Of a stretch of DNA of 58,494 nt, positions 25,981 through 34,477 are shown one piece after another (position 1 is the first letter of the stretch; each line of letters begins with the position of its first letter). Under the pieces are notes generated by a model. The model worked only from the letters and a program-made list of their open reading frames with translations. It had not been told where the DNA came from and did not search any database. The position numbers and the translations under genes were made by a program. The DNA comes from Candidatus Zambryskibacteria bacterium RIFCSPLOWO2_01_FULL_39_39 (GTDB lineage Bacteria; Patescibacteriota; Minisyncoccia; Phycocordibacterales; WO2-35-19). The stretch spans positions 2,376 to 60,869 of the forward strand of contig MHWB01000002.1 in the NCBI GenBank assembly GCA_001823925.1. The letters are read 5' to 3'.

Positions 25981-27153
25981 TTATGGTAGGAATTGTTTCA
26001 GAGTTTTTAACACTTTTTTAAACACGTTTTCACTGTGTTTTTTGAGGCCAAGCCTCTCTTCTTCATCTGGCAAGTTGCTTATAATACAAAGTCCATAAGC
26101 GACAGACCAAGAAGAATCTTTGATTTGAAATTTTCCATTGCTAATATTTAAAGAAGCAATGCGACTAGGTAGACGCAAGTAGCTTCTGGCTAAATCAGGA
26201 ATGGTGCCAATAGAGGAAGATCCGCCAGTTATGATTATGCCTGCCGGTAAAACGCCGGATTTACCAATTTTTTTAAGATGTAATTCAATTAATTCAAAAA
26301 TATCTCCCAATCTGGCAGAGACAATGTCTTCAAGTTTTTTTCTTGAATAGCTGGTAGAAGTCACTCCGCCTAGTTTTATAGACTCTGCTTCCTCCAAGGA
26401 TATTTTCAAACCCAAAGCAATGTCGTTAGTGATGTCGCTACCCCCGATCGGAAAGACCTCGAGAGATATTGGTATATTGTTTTCAAATACAACAATTGAA
26501 ACTGTCTCGGCTCCCATATTGGCAAGTACACAGCCGGCAATTTTTTGGCTTTTTGATAAGGTGACAAAACTGGCGGCAATAGGAGAGGCGACCACATCAA
26601 TGACTTCTACTCCAGTTGCTTCCACAGCTTCTACCAAATCATCTAAATGTGATTCTATACAGCTGACAAAAAGAGCTTTAGTTTCAAGTTTTATTCCTTT
26701 TAAACCAATGACTCTGCCCAAAACATTTTTACCATCTACTTTCCATGATGTTGGGATGGAGTATATAATCTTCCTGTTTTGCATAAGGGCGCTTTGTATA
26801 GACTCCTCGGCCGCCAAAACAGCCTGCTCTGTATCTGCGTCTGTGATCTCTTGGTCAGCTCTAGAGACAATACTAGACCCACCAGAATTAAGACCAGAGA
26901 GACCGACTCCGCCGATAGAAATAAAAGCTTTTTTGATTCTAATACCAGAAGACTTCTCTGCTTGTCTCAAGGCAGAGTCTACACTTTTGGTGACATCTCC
27001 GGTGTTGATTATATACCCGTGTCGCAAACCTTTTGATTCGCTACGGCCGGTGCCCAAGATTGTAGGCAAAGAATTTTCTTCACTTCTCTCGGCGACCACT
27101 ACGCGTACTTCGTAAGTACCTACGTCTATACCGGCTGTAATACGTGAGCTCAT
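25981..27153 (-). CDS. ftsA: Cell division protein FtsA
   Basis: GIDVGT, GGSDITNDI, ITGGSS actin-fold motifs; upstream of ftsZ. Confidence 0.95.
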   Translation of the reverse strand: MSSRITAGIDVGTYEVRVVVAERSEENSLPTILGTGRSESKGLRHGYIINTGDVTKSVDSALRQAEKSSGIRIKKAFISIGGVGLSGLNSGGSSIVSRADQEITDADTEQAVLAAEESIQSALMQNRKIIYSIPTSWKVDGKNVLGRVIGLKGIKLETKALFVSCIESHLDDLVEAVEATGVEVIDVVASPIAASFVTLSKSQKIAGCVLANMGAETVSIVVFENNIPISLEVFPIGGSDITNDIALGLKISLEEAESIKLGGVTSTSYSRKKLEDIVSARLGDIFELIELHLKKIGKSGVLPAGIIITGGSSSIGTIPDLARSYLRLPSRIASLNISNGKFQIKDSSWSVAYGLCIISNLPDEEERLGLKKHSENVFKKVLKTLKQFLP

Positions 27154-27481
27154 ATCTTTCCATTTTATCACCATGTGACAGGCCTTTCAAATGAAGGCTT
27201 CCGTGGATAACTAAAAATAACAAATAATTTTTATAAGTCATGTTAAATTTTGGCGCTTTTATTTTGGCAACTTCTGGACAAATAAAAATTTCTCCCACCT
27301 GCCCCGAGTTTTTTATTGAAGGGTTGGACAAATCGAAAGATAAAATATCTGTTGCTTCTTTTTTATTTCTATACCTGGTATTTAATAATTTAATTTCTTT
27401 TTTATCTATAAAACAAACAGAAAGCTCATATCGCTTTCCTAAAATATCATTCTTTATTTTTTCAATCTCCGATTTTTTCAA
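27080..27481 (-). CDS. ybeY: rRNA maturation RNase YbeY
   Basis: LN..YR.K...TDILSF and HGSLHLKGLSH motifs; 3' end overlaps the ftsA start. Confidence 0.9.
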   Translation of the reverse strand: MKKSEIEKIKNDILGKRYELSVCFIDKKEIKLLNTRYRNKKEATDILSFDLSNPSIKNSGQVGEIFICPEVAKIKAPKFNMTYKNYLLFLVIHGSLHLKGLSHGDKMERYELTYYSRYRRRYLRSTRSGRREK

Positions 27482-27506
27482 TCTTTTTTACCAGGCCATC
27501 TCTCAA

Positions 27507-27743
27507 TTAGTCCAACGTCCCTGGCATTTTGCCCATTTTGATGAGATCCCTTATTCGAGCCCGTTCACCCAATTTTTTCAAAGTCTTTTTCTTTTTGACG
27601 TATTCAGAAAGCTTTCTCACACTGTATCTTCTGCCCCGAAGGCGCGCCAAAATACCAGAACCCTGCACTCTTTTAGTAAATTTCCTTATTAAACCAAGAT
27701 TGTTATCGTTATCGTTTTTGGTTATTTCTACATTAATAGCCAT
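27507..27743 (-). CDS. rpsU: 30S ribosomal protein bS21-like
   Basis: Short basic protein VEI.K...N...LIRKFTKRVQ.SGIL...R.RRY. Confidence 0.7.
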   Translation of the reverse strand: MAINVEITKNDNDNNLGLIRKFTKRVQGSGILARLRGRRYSVRKLSEYVKKKKTLKKLGERARIRDLIKMGKMPGTLD

Positions 27744-27782
27744 GCTAAATATCCTATCACACCCTCTTATTTTACGCAAAAT

Positions 27783-27867
27783 GACCCCACCCCATCCGTC
27801 TTACGACGTCTTTCCCCTCACCTTGCCAAGGTAAGGGGGGCATACCGAAAGGTATGCGGGGTGGGGT
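27783..27867. repeat. Double-ended copy of the DUF559-associated repeat
   Basis: GACCCCACCCC..CGTC TTAC GACG..CCCCTCACCTT GCC AAGGTAAGGGG..GCATACC GAAA GGTATGC GGGGTGGGGT. Confidence 0.8.
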
Positions 27868-27868
27868 G

Positions 27869-28993
27869 TTAAACCAGTTCTTTTACTTTTGTGGCGAGAT
27901 TTGTGATGAGGCAGGTCTCTTGGGCGCGAGTGATAGTATTGCGAATAACGACGGAGTTTTCCAAGGCTTCTTTTTGGCCGATTAAAATAATATATGGCGC
28001 ATCTGAAATCTCGGCTGTGCTCATCTGGCCACCTAATTTATCTTTGGCGATAGAGTGAATAACATTTGCTCCGGCCTTATAAAGCTCTTCCAGTATAAGA
28101 AAGCTTTTTAATTTAGCTTCTGGACCAAACTGGATCAAATAAAATTGTGGCTTAACCACTTTAACCTTTATTTTTTTCAAATTCTTCTTGAGTTTTGCAT
28201 AAATATTTAGGGTAGTTGCGGGCAGATCTTTTTTACAGCCTATTTTTTTGGCCAATCTGTTAAAGCGGAAGCCATGAGCCAATTCTTCCCCATTACTTTT
28301 TATAGAAAATATGGTTTCGGATCCTATATTTAAATCTCCAATTAAATTGTTATTTATTTGATAAGCAATATTCATTACTTCTAAAAATTCAATCACTTCT
28401 TTGAAATGCAACCGACTTGATTCGGATAAAAAATCTATCGGTTTGGGACATTCTGCTTGAAAACTTTTACACTCCTCCCTTTTTTCATCAAAGATGGCAG
28501 ATATATCTTTTTTGATAGCCTGTCTTAAATCAGCCGAAAATAAATTGAAATTTTTCCTCACAAAAATTGTAAGTTTCTTCTGAAATTCCCCCATTGATTC
28601 TTTGTCTCCGATAGAATTTATCTCTACCTCCAGATTTTTATAGCCCAACCCATTTAGTATGGAAATACCCGTTTGAATAGAAAGACATTCACAAACGCTT
28701 TTGGAAGAACCTAGAGAAATAATATTTGAGTCAAGTCTGGAAGATTTATGAGACCTCTCGCAATAAAACATGCTCGGCTGTGGTTTTGACATCATTTTTT
28801 CTTCAAAATACATACGCACTAAAGCCGCCTTTTCTGCCGGTTGTAGTGTTTGGTCAAGATCTTTGGTGTGTTCAAAATCTTGTTTTTCTACGGTTGGGGA
28901 AATAATAGGCTGAAAACCATAAAACTTTGCAATTTTACCAGCACTGTTTATTTCTTTAAGATTCCGATTTGGAATTGGTTTGTGGTCAGTCAT
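27869..28993 (-). CDS. Degenerate histidyl-tRNA synthetase-like protein with HGTP anticodon-binding domain
   Basis: YGF..I..P.VE start, EINSIGD, P.P.DFL...S..HF.EV, C-terminal IIIGQKE..VVIR; class II motif 2/3 and RGLDYY are not recognisable. Confidence 0.6.
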   Translation of the reverse strand: MTDHKPIPNRNLKEINSAGKIAKFYGFQPIISPTVEKQDFEHTKDLDQTLQPAEKAALVRMYFEEKMMSKPQPSMFYCERSHKSSRLDSNIISLGSSKSVCECLSIQTGISILNGLGYKNLEVEINSIGDKESMGEFQKKLTIFVRKNFNLFSADLRQAIKKDISAIFDEKREECKSFQAECPKPIDFLSESSRLHFKEVIEFLEVMNIAYQINNNLIGDLNIGSETIFSIKSNGEELAHGFRFNRLAKKIGCKKDLPATTLNIYAKLKKNLKKIKVKVVKPQFYLIQFGPEAKLKSFLILEELYKAGANVIHSIAKDKLGGQMSTAEISDAPYIILIGQKEALENSVVIRNTITRAQETCLITNLATKVKELV

Positions 28994-29031
28994 GATTAAA
29001 TTTTAAGATTTAAAGAAAAAAGATTGAAAGA

Positions 29032-29598
29032 TTAATACAAACCGGGCCAGACACTTATTTTACCCAGAGGAAGCAGTCGGACAATCGGCCTACCTATAAT
29101 ATATTTTTTAGGTAAAGTTCCCCAAATTCTACTGTCAGAGCTACCGGCCCTGTTGTCTCCCATCACAAAATATTCGTCTTCTCCGAGTTTGGCAGAAAAA
29201 TCTTCTTGTTTTGAATAAGTTACATATGGCTCATCTAACAGAAATGTCTCGTTTGAGGCGGATTCTTTTGATACATTTTCAATATAAACACGACCCTTTT
29301 TTATTTCAACAGTTTCTCCGGGGAAACCAATAAGTCTTTTGATAAAGAATTTTGAAGGGTCTTTTGGATACCTTATAATTATAACCGAGCCCCTCTCTGG
29401 TTCTTCAAATCTTTTGCTTATTTGATCTACAATTAAATAATCAGCATCTTTGAATGTCGGGTCCATGGAAGAACCAGAAACTACATAAGGTTGCGCAATA
29501 AAAATACGGAAAGGCACTACAATAAGTAGTGCGATAATCGCGTAACGGATGAATTCCCACAAGGACGACCCATTCTTTGGATTGTTGTTTTCTTCCAT
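29032..29598 (-). CDS. lepB: Signal peptidase I
   Basis: VSGSSMDPT, FIKRLIG.PGE, GDNRAGSSDSR. Confidence 0.95.
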   Translation of the reverse strand: MEENNNPKNGSSLWEFIRYAIIALLIVVPFRIFIAQPYVVSGSSMDPTFKDADYLIVDQISKRFEEPERGSVIIIRYPKDPSKFFIKRLIGFPGETVEIKKGRVYIENVSKESASNETFLLDEPYVTYSKQEDFSAKLGEDEYFVMGDNRAGSSDSRIWGTLPKKYIIGRPIVRLLPLGKISVWPGLY

Positions 29599-29643
29599 GA
29601 TTTAAGGCATTATATTACATATTAAGATTAATTCAAAATTTTC

Positions 29644-30270
29644 ATGTTTTTTATCGTAGGATTGGGTAATCCGGGAGAGGAATATATAAACACTCGACAC
29701 AACACCGGTCGAGAGGCTGTATTGAAATTATGTAAAAATTTGGATTTTGCAGACTTTGAAAACAACAATAAATTCAAATCTTTAATATCAAAAGGGAAAA
29801 TTAAAAAAGAATTAGTAACACTTATTTTGCCGGAAACATTTATGAACAAATCCGGCCAAGCTATTTCTTATTTTGTTAAGCCAAAACTAAAGACTGCGAA
29901 GAAAGGTTTAGAAAATTTAATTGTAGTGCATGATGATTTAGATTTACCCTTGGGCACCTTAAAGATTTCTTACAACAAAGGCACTGGTGGACATAGGGGA
30001 TTGGACTCAGTGGCCAAAGCTGTCAAAACTTTAGAATTTGTTAGAGTCAGGATTGGTATTTCTCCATCAACAGCCAAAGGTAGAGCCAAAAAACCAAACG
30101 AAGGCCTGCCTGCGCAGGCAGGCGAACAAAAAGTCTTGGATTTTATTTTGGGTAAATTTAAACCAGCAGAAATGGAAATCCTAAAAAAAACTTTCAAAAA
30201 ATCAAGCGAAGCTATCCAAACGCTCATCCTAGACGGTCGCGACAGAGCAATGAATAGATTTAATCAGTAG
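29644..30270 (+). CDS. pth: Peptidyl-tRNA hydrolase
   Basis: GLGNPG..Y..TRHN.G, P.TFMNKSG, HDDLD, GGH.GL. Confidence 0.96.
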   Translation: MFFIVGLGNPGEEYINTRHNTGREAVLKLCKNLDFADFENNNKFKSLISKGKIKKELVTLILPETFMNKSGQAISYFVKPKLKTAKKGLENLIVVHDDLDLPLGTLKISYNKGTGGHRGLDSVAKAVKTLEFVRVRIGISPSTAKGRAKKPNEGLPAQAGEQKVLDFILGKFKPAEMEILKKTFKKSSEAIQTLILDGRDRAMNRFNQ

Positions 30271-30338
30271 AAGTTTGACTAAGTGAATATAAATTGACAC
30301 ATATATCGATGTGTGTACAATTTTAGTTGGAGGTATCT

Positions 30339-30830
30339 ATGCTCAAACAATTACAAGTCTTGGATGAATTTTGCATAGTAATTTTTGAAAAATGTTGTCA
30401 GTGGATCCAGATCATGGTTGGTATTAATAATTTTGTAATTGCAAAATTATTGGTATTAATTTCAGTTATTGCGGGTCTCTATCATTTTGGAGACAACGTG
30501 TATATGAAATTTGGAATTGCTGGGGTTGAAATAGTTGCGAGGATATATCTCGTAGTATTAGCTGAAAGCAAGACAAAAGTTGAGAGCGGGGTTGGTTTTC
30601 CTAACCCGCTACGCTTTATTAGTATTTTTTGTTATTTCAGAATGTATCTTTTGGCACTACTGATAATTGAAATTGGAACCATGGGGAAAGATATTTTCCA
30701 TTCAGCATCAATGTGGCTATTTTATGTGATAGTTGCGTGCAACCCTCTCCCGCCAGGAGCATCAAAGTTTGGAGAATGGTTGAGAAGTTTTGTGCCACAC
30801 CGAACCATCGGCGCATCAGCAAACTCTTGA
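30339..30830 (+). CDS. Hypothetical membrane protein
   Basis: Several hydrophobic segments; TTGACA(30294)-16nt-TACAAT promoter and GGAGGT RBS before ATG 30339. Confidence 0.6.
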   Translation: MLKQLQVLDEFCIVIFEKCCQWIQIMVGINNFVIAKLLVLISVIAGLYHFGDNVYMKFGIAGVEIVARIYLVVLAESKTKVESGVGFPNPLRFISIFCYFRMYLLALLIIEIGTMGKDIFHSASMWLFYVIVACNPLPPGASKFGEWLRSFVPHRTIGASANS

Positions 30831-30971
30831 CACAACAGGAGGGTATAGTTTTAGGTTATTGGTACCGATGGTTAGGTCAATCATGTATTAACAGCGCAAC
30901 TTTTTATAGAGTTACGCTGTATTTTATTTGATTTTATTACAAAGATATTATACTATTTTTGAGGAGGTCTT

Positions 30972-31277
30972 ATGGACCAAGAATTGCAAAAGTTGATGAA
31001 AGAGTTGGGTAATGCCATCAATGACTCACTCGACCCAATTTCCGAATCCGAGAGGATTGCATTTGCAATCGGAGAAATCCGCAAAGCCGGGTATGATGTC
31101 TTTTTGGTTATAGAAGCTACCATTGGCCTAAATAGACGAGAAGATACTAAAGAAGAAACTCCTCGAATGGGACCGAGCACTGAAACTTCAGCAGATGGTG
31201 GAAAAATTGTTTGGACATCGTAGGATAAAAAGTTTTTGAGAGCTCTCAATATCACCTCCAAAACTGAAGAGGAGTAA
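30972..31277 (+). pseudogene. Small hypothetical gene interrupted by an in-frame TAG at 31221-31223
   Basis: GAGGAGG RBS; the frame continues after TAG as DKKFLRALNITSKTEEE* to 31277. Confidence 0.55.
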
Positions 31278-31334
31278 ACAGTCCCGGATAAATAGTAAGA
31301 GCTGTCGAGGTTACTCTCGATGGCTATTTTTTTA

Positions 31335-32465
31335 TTATTTTGTTTCTACGAAACTTAGAGCCATCTTTTGTTCTTTAGGGTCAAAGACGTTGATTTTGAA
31401 ATTGTAAGTTTTGCCGAGCTCTAATTTTTCGTGAAGCTTTTCTTCGGTGCCAAATTCAGAGACGTGCACCAGTCCAGCGACACCCTCTTCCACAGAAGCT
31501 AGGGCACCATGTTTGTTAAACTTGATAACTACACCACTCACTATATCGTCTTTTTTGTATTTCTTGGAAGCTTCAATCCAAGGGTTGTCTCTCAAGGCTT
31601 TAATGGAGAGAGAAATTTTGCCATCTTTTACCTCTATGACCTTTACTTTTATTTTATCTCCAACCTTGGCAAACTTTCTAGGATCATCCACCAACCCCCA
31701 ATCGATTTCAGATATATGAACTAAGCCCTCCAAACCTTCCTCTATTTTAACAAAAATTCCAAAATCAACGATGCCAGTCACTTCACCCTCCAATTCATCT
31801 CCTAAGTTGTATTTGTCTATTATTTTCTCCTTCTCCCCACTATCAGGATCTTTTTCGGAGAAAATAAGTTTACCTTCTTTGGCATTAACGGCGATGATGG
31901 CTACCGATATTTTTTGACCAACTAGTTTACGCAATTCTTCCAATATTTTATCTTTGTCTCCATCGGAAATTCTAGGATAATGCTCAGTTTTTAATTGAGA
32001 AGCCGGCAAAAACCCAGTGATGCCTTGCCAGACCAACATCAAACCTCCTTTGTTAGCTTCTTTAATAGGGATTTCAAAAACTTTTTTGTCTCTAATGGCT
32101 TCCTCGGCATCACTCCAAATCAGAGCTTGCTTGGCCTCTTTTAGTGAGATCTCTATATAACCCTCTTTGTTGTCTCTGCCTACTATTTTACCGGTAATCT
32201 TATCTCCAATATTTATCTTTTTTATCAAATCACGAGCGTTTATGTGTTCTCTCCCAAAAATAATACCAGTACCCCAAGGTGGTAAATCTACGAAAATAGA
32301 ATTTTTGGCAATCGATATGACTACACCATCTACAATAGAGTCTTTTTCTGGCGGCAATACAGAGTTGTCCAAAAATTTGGACATTCTGTTTTCCACGCCC
32401 GCATCGCCTTGCGAAGCATTGCGGGTAGGTTTAACTTCTTCCTTATTAATTGTTTGTTTTGACAT
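31335..32465 (-). CDS. rpsA: 30S ribosomal protein S1 (four S1 domains)
   Basis: Repeated S1 motifs: GFLPASQL, FGIFV..GLVHISEI, GLVHVSE. Confidence 0.92.
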   Translation of the reverse strand: MSKQTINKEEVKPTRNASQGDAGVENRMSKFLDNSVLPPEKDSIVDGVVISIAKNSIFVDLPPWGTGIIFGREHINARDLIKKINIGDKITGKIVGRDNKEGYIEISLKEAKQALIWSDAEEAIRDKKVFEIPIKEANKGGLMLVWQGITGFLPASQLKTEHYPRISDGDKDKILEELRKLVGQKISVAIIAVNAKEGKLIFSEKDPDSGEKEKIIDKYNLGDELEGEVTGIVDFGIFVKIEEGLEGLVHISEIDWGLVDDPRKFAKVGDKIKVKVIEVKDGKISLSIKALRDNPWIEASKKYKKDDIVSGVVIKFNKHGALASVEEGVAGLVHVSEFGTEEKLHEKLELGKTYNFKINVFDPKEQKMALSFVETK

Positions 32466-32753
32466 ACTTATTAAATTGACCCTTCATAAACTCAGGGTAA
32501 ACAAAAACCGCAAGCTTTTCCACTATCTGTCATTTTGGTAGGTGGAAGGTTAGGCTTCGGAATATCATTAATAACTTGATTATAATAACACTGTAGCAAA
32601 AAGATGCAACCGCTTGACTTTTGGTATGCATGGGTATATACTAAGGGAGTAAGTGTTAAGTTCTCTTTGTTTGTTTTGCGGGCTTAAAATCGCGGACAAC
32701 ACAAGCGGAACTCGCTTGGTCGTTTAATCGCAAAATTAAGTATAAAGCACGCA

Positions 32754-33032
32754 ATGAAAAAGCTTTTCGTAGGCAATTTGCCATACAAAGCCACTGATGC
32801 CGATTTGAGAGACATGTTCTCTAAGAACGGTGAGGTCACTGAAGCTGTCGTTATTATGGACAGAGAAAGAGGTGTCTCCAAAGGTTTTGGTTTTGTAACT
32901 ATGACAAATGATGCCGAAGCAGTTGCCGCTATCGATGCCTGGAACGGTAAAGATATTGAAGGCAGAGCTCTCACTGTAAACGAGGCTCGTCCTCAAGAGG
33001 CTCGTCCTCGCAGGGATAACTTCCGAAGATAA
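32754..33032 (+). CDS. RRM (RNP-1) RNA-binding protein
   Basis: LFVGNL (RNP2), KGFGFVTM (RNP1), LTVNEARP. Confidence 0.95.
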   Translation: MKKLFVGNLPYKATDADLRDMFSKNGEVTEAVVIMDRERGVSKGFGFVTMTNDAEAVAAIDAWNGKDIEGRALTVNEARPQEARPRRDNFRR

Positions 33033-33050
33033 TATCTTCCAGAAGTAATC

Positions 33051-33085
33051 ACAAAAACCACCCAATTTTATTGGGTGGTTTTTGT
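33051..33085. terminator. Bidirectional intrinsic terminator
   Basis: ACAAAAACCACCCAAT-TTT-ATTGGGTGGTTTTTGT between convergent genes. Confidence 0.8.
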
Positions 33086-33741
33086 TATCCAAAATCAAAT
33101 ATGTCAAAGGCGCCCTTTGACACTATCCTTTTGTATAATTTTGTGTTTTCGTTTATAAAGTTTTTTGTGCCTCCAAAGATTTCAGTCAGGAATTGTTTAT
33201 GGAGAATTGGATTTTTTTTATCAATAATAAAATCATTATAACTACTCCACTTGTATTCTTCTGGTTTGTTTACCAAGGAATCTTTCACCGGATTCATATG
33301 TATATAAGATGATATAAGCATTAATTGAGGATTTGTTTCTATGCGGACTGATTTGAATCTGTCCTGAAAAACATACCCCACCCTTTTATGTTTTAGATTT
33401 ATGTATTTGGAAAAACTAGTAGATACCCTTAATATAAGTTTTGAAACAGACTCATCGCCACATTGCTCAATTAAGAGATGAAAATGATTTGGCATTAAAC
33501 AAAAGGCGTGCAATTTAAAACTATTTGGCTCCAAACTACCAATCCTTATTCTTGATTTGGGGGATTTAGTTATTTCACATTCGTTTAGATCCCCTTTCTC
33601 AATTCCAAGACCCAACCCCAATCTAAAAAGAAAAGCTCTATAATCTTGTTCGTCTCGAAATATGACCTCTTTATTATTACCTCGGTTATAAAGGTGATAG
33701 ATAGAACCTTTTGCAAAATTTTTATAATCCCTATTTCCCAT
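33085..33741 (-). mobile_element. REP-associated tyrosine transposase (RAYT, Y1/HUH family)
   Basis: YHLYNRGNNK..IF, FCLMPNHFHLL (HUH), G.VFQDRFKS, YIHMNPV, Y.WSSY; flanked by matching palindromes. Confidence 0.9.
33097..33124. repeat. REP palindrome at the 3' end of the RAYT gene
   Basis: TGTCAAAGG-CGC-CCTTTGACA hairpin. Confidence 0.88.
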
Positions 33742-33760
33742 ATTAAAATTATATCACACA

Positions 33761-33793
33761 TAAATATGTCAAAGGGCGCCTTTGACATATTTA
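33761..33793. repeat. REP palindrome upstream of the RAYT gene (inverted relative to 33097)
   Basis: Perfect 15-bp arms TAAATATGTCAAAGG-GCG-CCTTTGACATATTTA. Confidence 0.9.
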
Positions 33794-33835
33794 ATGTTAT
33801 TTTTATATTTTTTGATAAAATAAAATGATAAAGTT

Positions 33836-34273
33836 ATGAAAAAGGAGATTGTGCTGGTTTTTGTTTTAATCGGGATTCTGCTCTGTCTTAGTCTTTTTAT
33901 TAAAAAACAAGAATATAAAACAATAAAAACCATAAAAATAGGGGCTGTGATGCTTAATATTGAAGTAGCCGATACAGATGATGAGAGGATGCGAGGACTT
34001 TCTGGGAGAAGCGGTTTGGGAGAAAACGAGGGGATGCTTTTTGTATTTGATACAGAGGGATATTATGGTATTTGGATGAAAGAAATGAATTTTCCGATTG
34101 ATATCGCTTGGCTTGATAAAAATAAAAAAATTTTAAAGATAGAAAATACGGTAGACCCGGATACCTATCCCAAAGTTTTTAATTCCTCTATCCCAAGTTT
34201 GTATGTTTTAGAAACCAAGGCCGGCTTTTTTGAAAAATTTAAAATCAAAATAGGGGATACCCTGGATTTTTAA
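33836..34273 (+). CDS. DUF192 family protein
   Basis: EVADT..ER.RGL, GMLFVF, WMK.MNFPIDI, YVLE..AG. Confidence 0.92.
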   Translation: MKKEIVLVFVLIGILLCLSLFIKKQEYKTIKTIKIGAVMLNIEVADTDDERMRGLSGRSGLGENEGMLFVFDTEGYYGIWMKEMNFPIDIAWLDKNKKILKIENTVDPDTYPKVFNSSIPSLYVLETKAGFFEKFKIKIGDTLDF

Positions 34274-34477
34274 TTTCCTAATCCTAGGAGCTCCCATAAA
34301 GCAAGGGTATTGAGACACTTAGGTTTACATAAATAAATTTGTATTTTGTCGTGCTATTTTTTTATCTTATCCACAGTTTTTTTGGGTGTAAAAATTGTAA
34401 AATAGAGGAACTGAGTTTTTAAGTTTTTACTAAAATTTAATAAAAAATTGCAAAATTTTTAATTTTCTTACAAAAAT

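Noticed and set aside
25002-27115. Long antisense ORFs (156 aa, 231 aa) opposite ftsZ/ftsA, and similar shadow ORFs elsewhere
   Set aside because: Mirror frames of well-conserved genes, with no motifs or expression signals.
31221-31223. Genome-wide stop-codon reassignment
   Set aside because: Conserved genes translate full length under code 11, and TAG and TGA both end genes normally (pth and rplY TAG; PheRS TGA); this is an isolated lesion.
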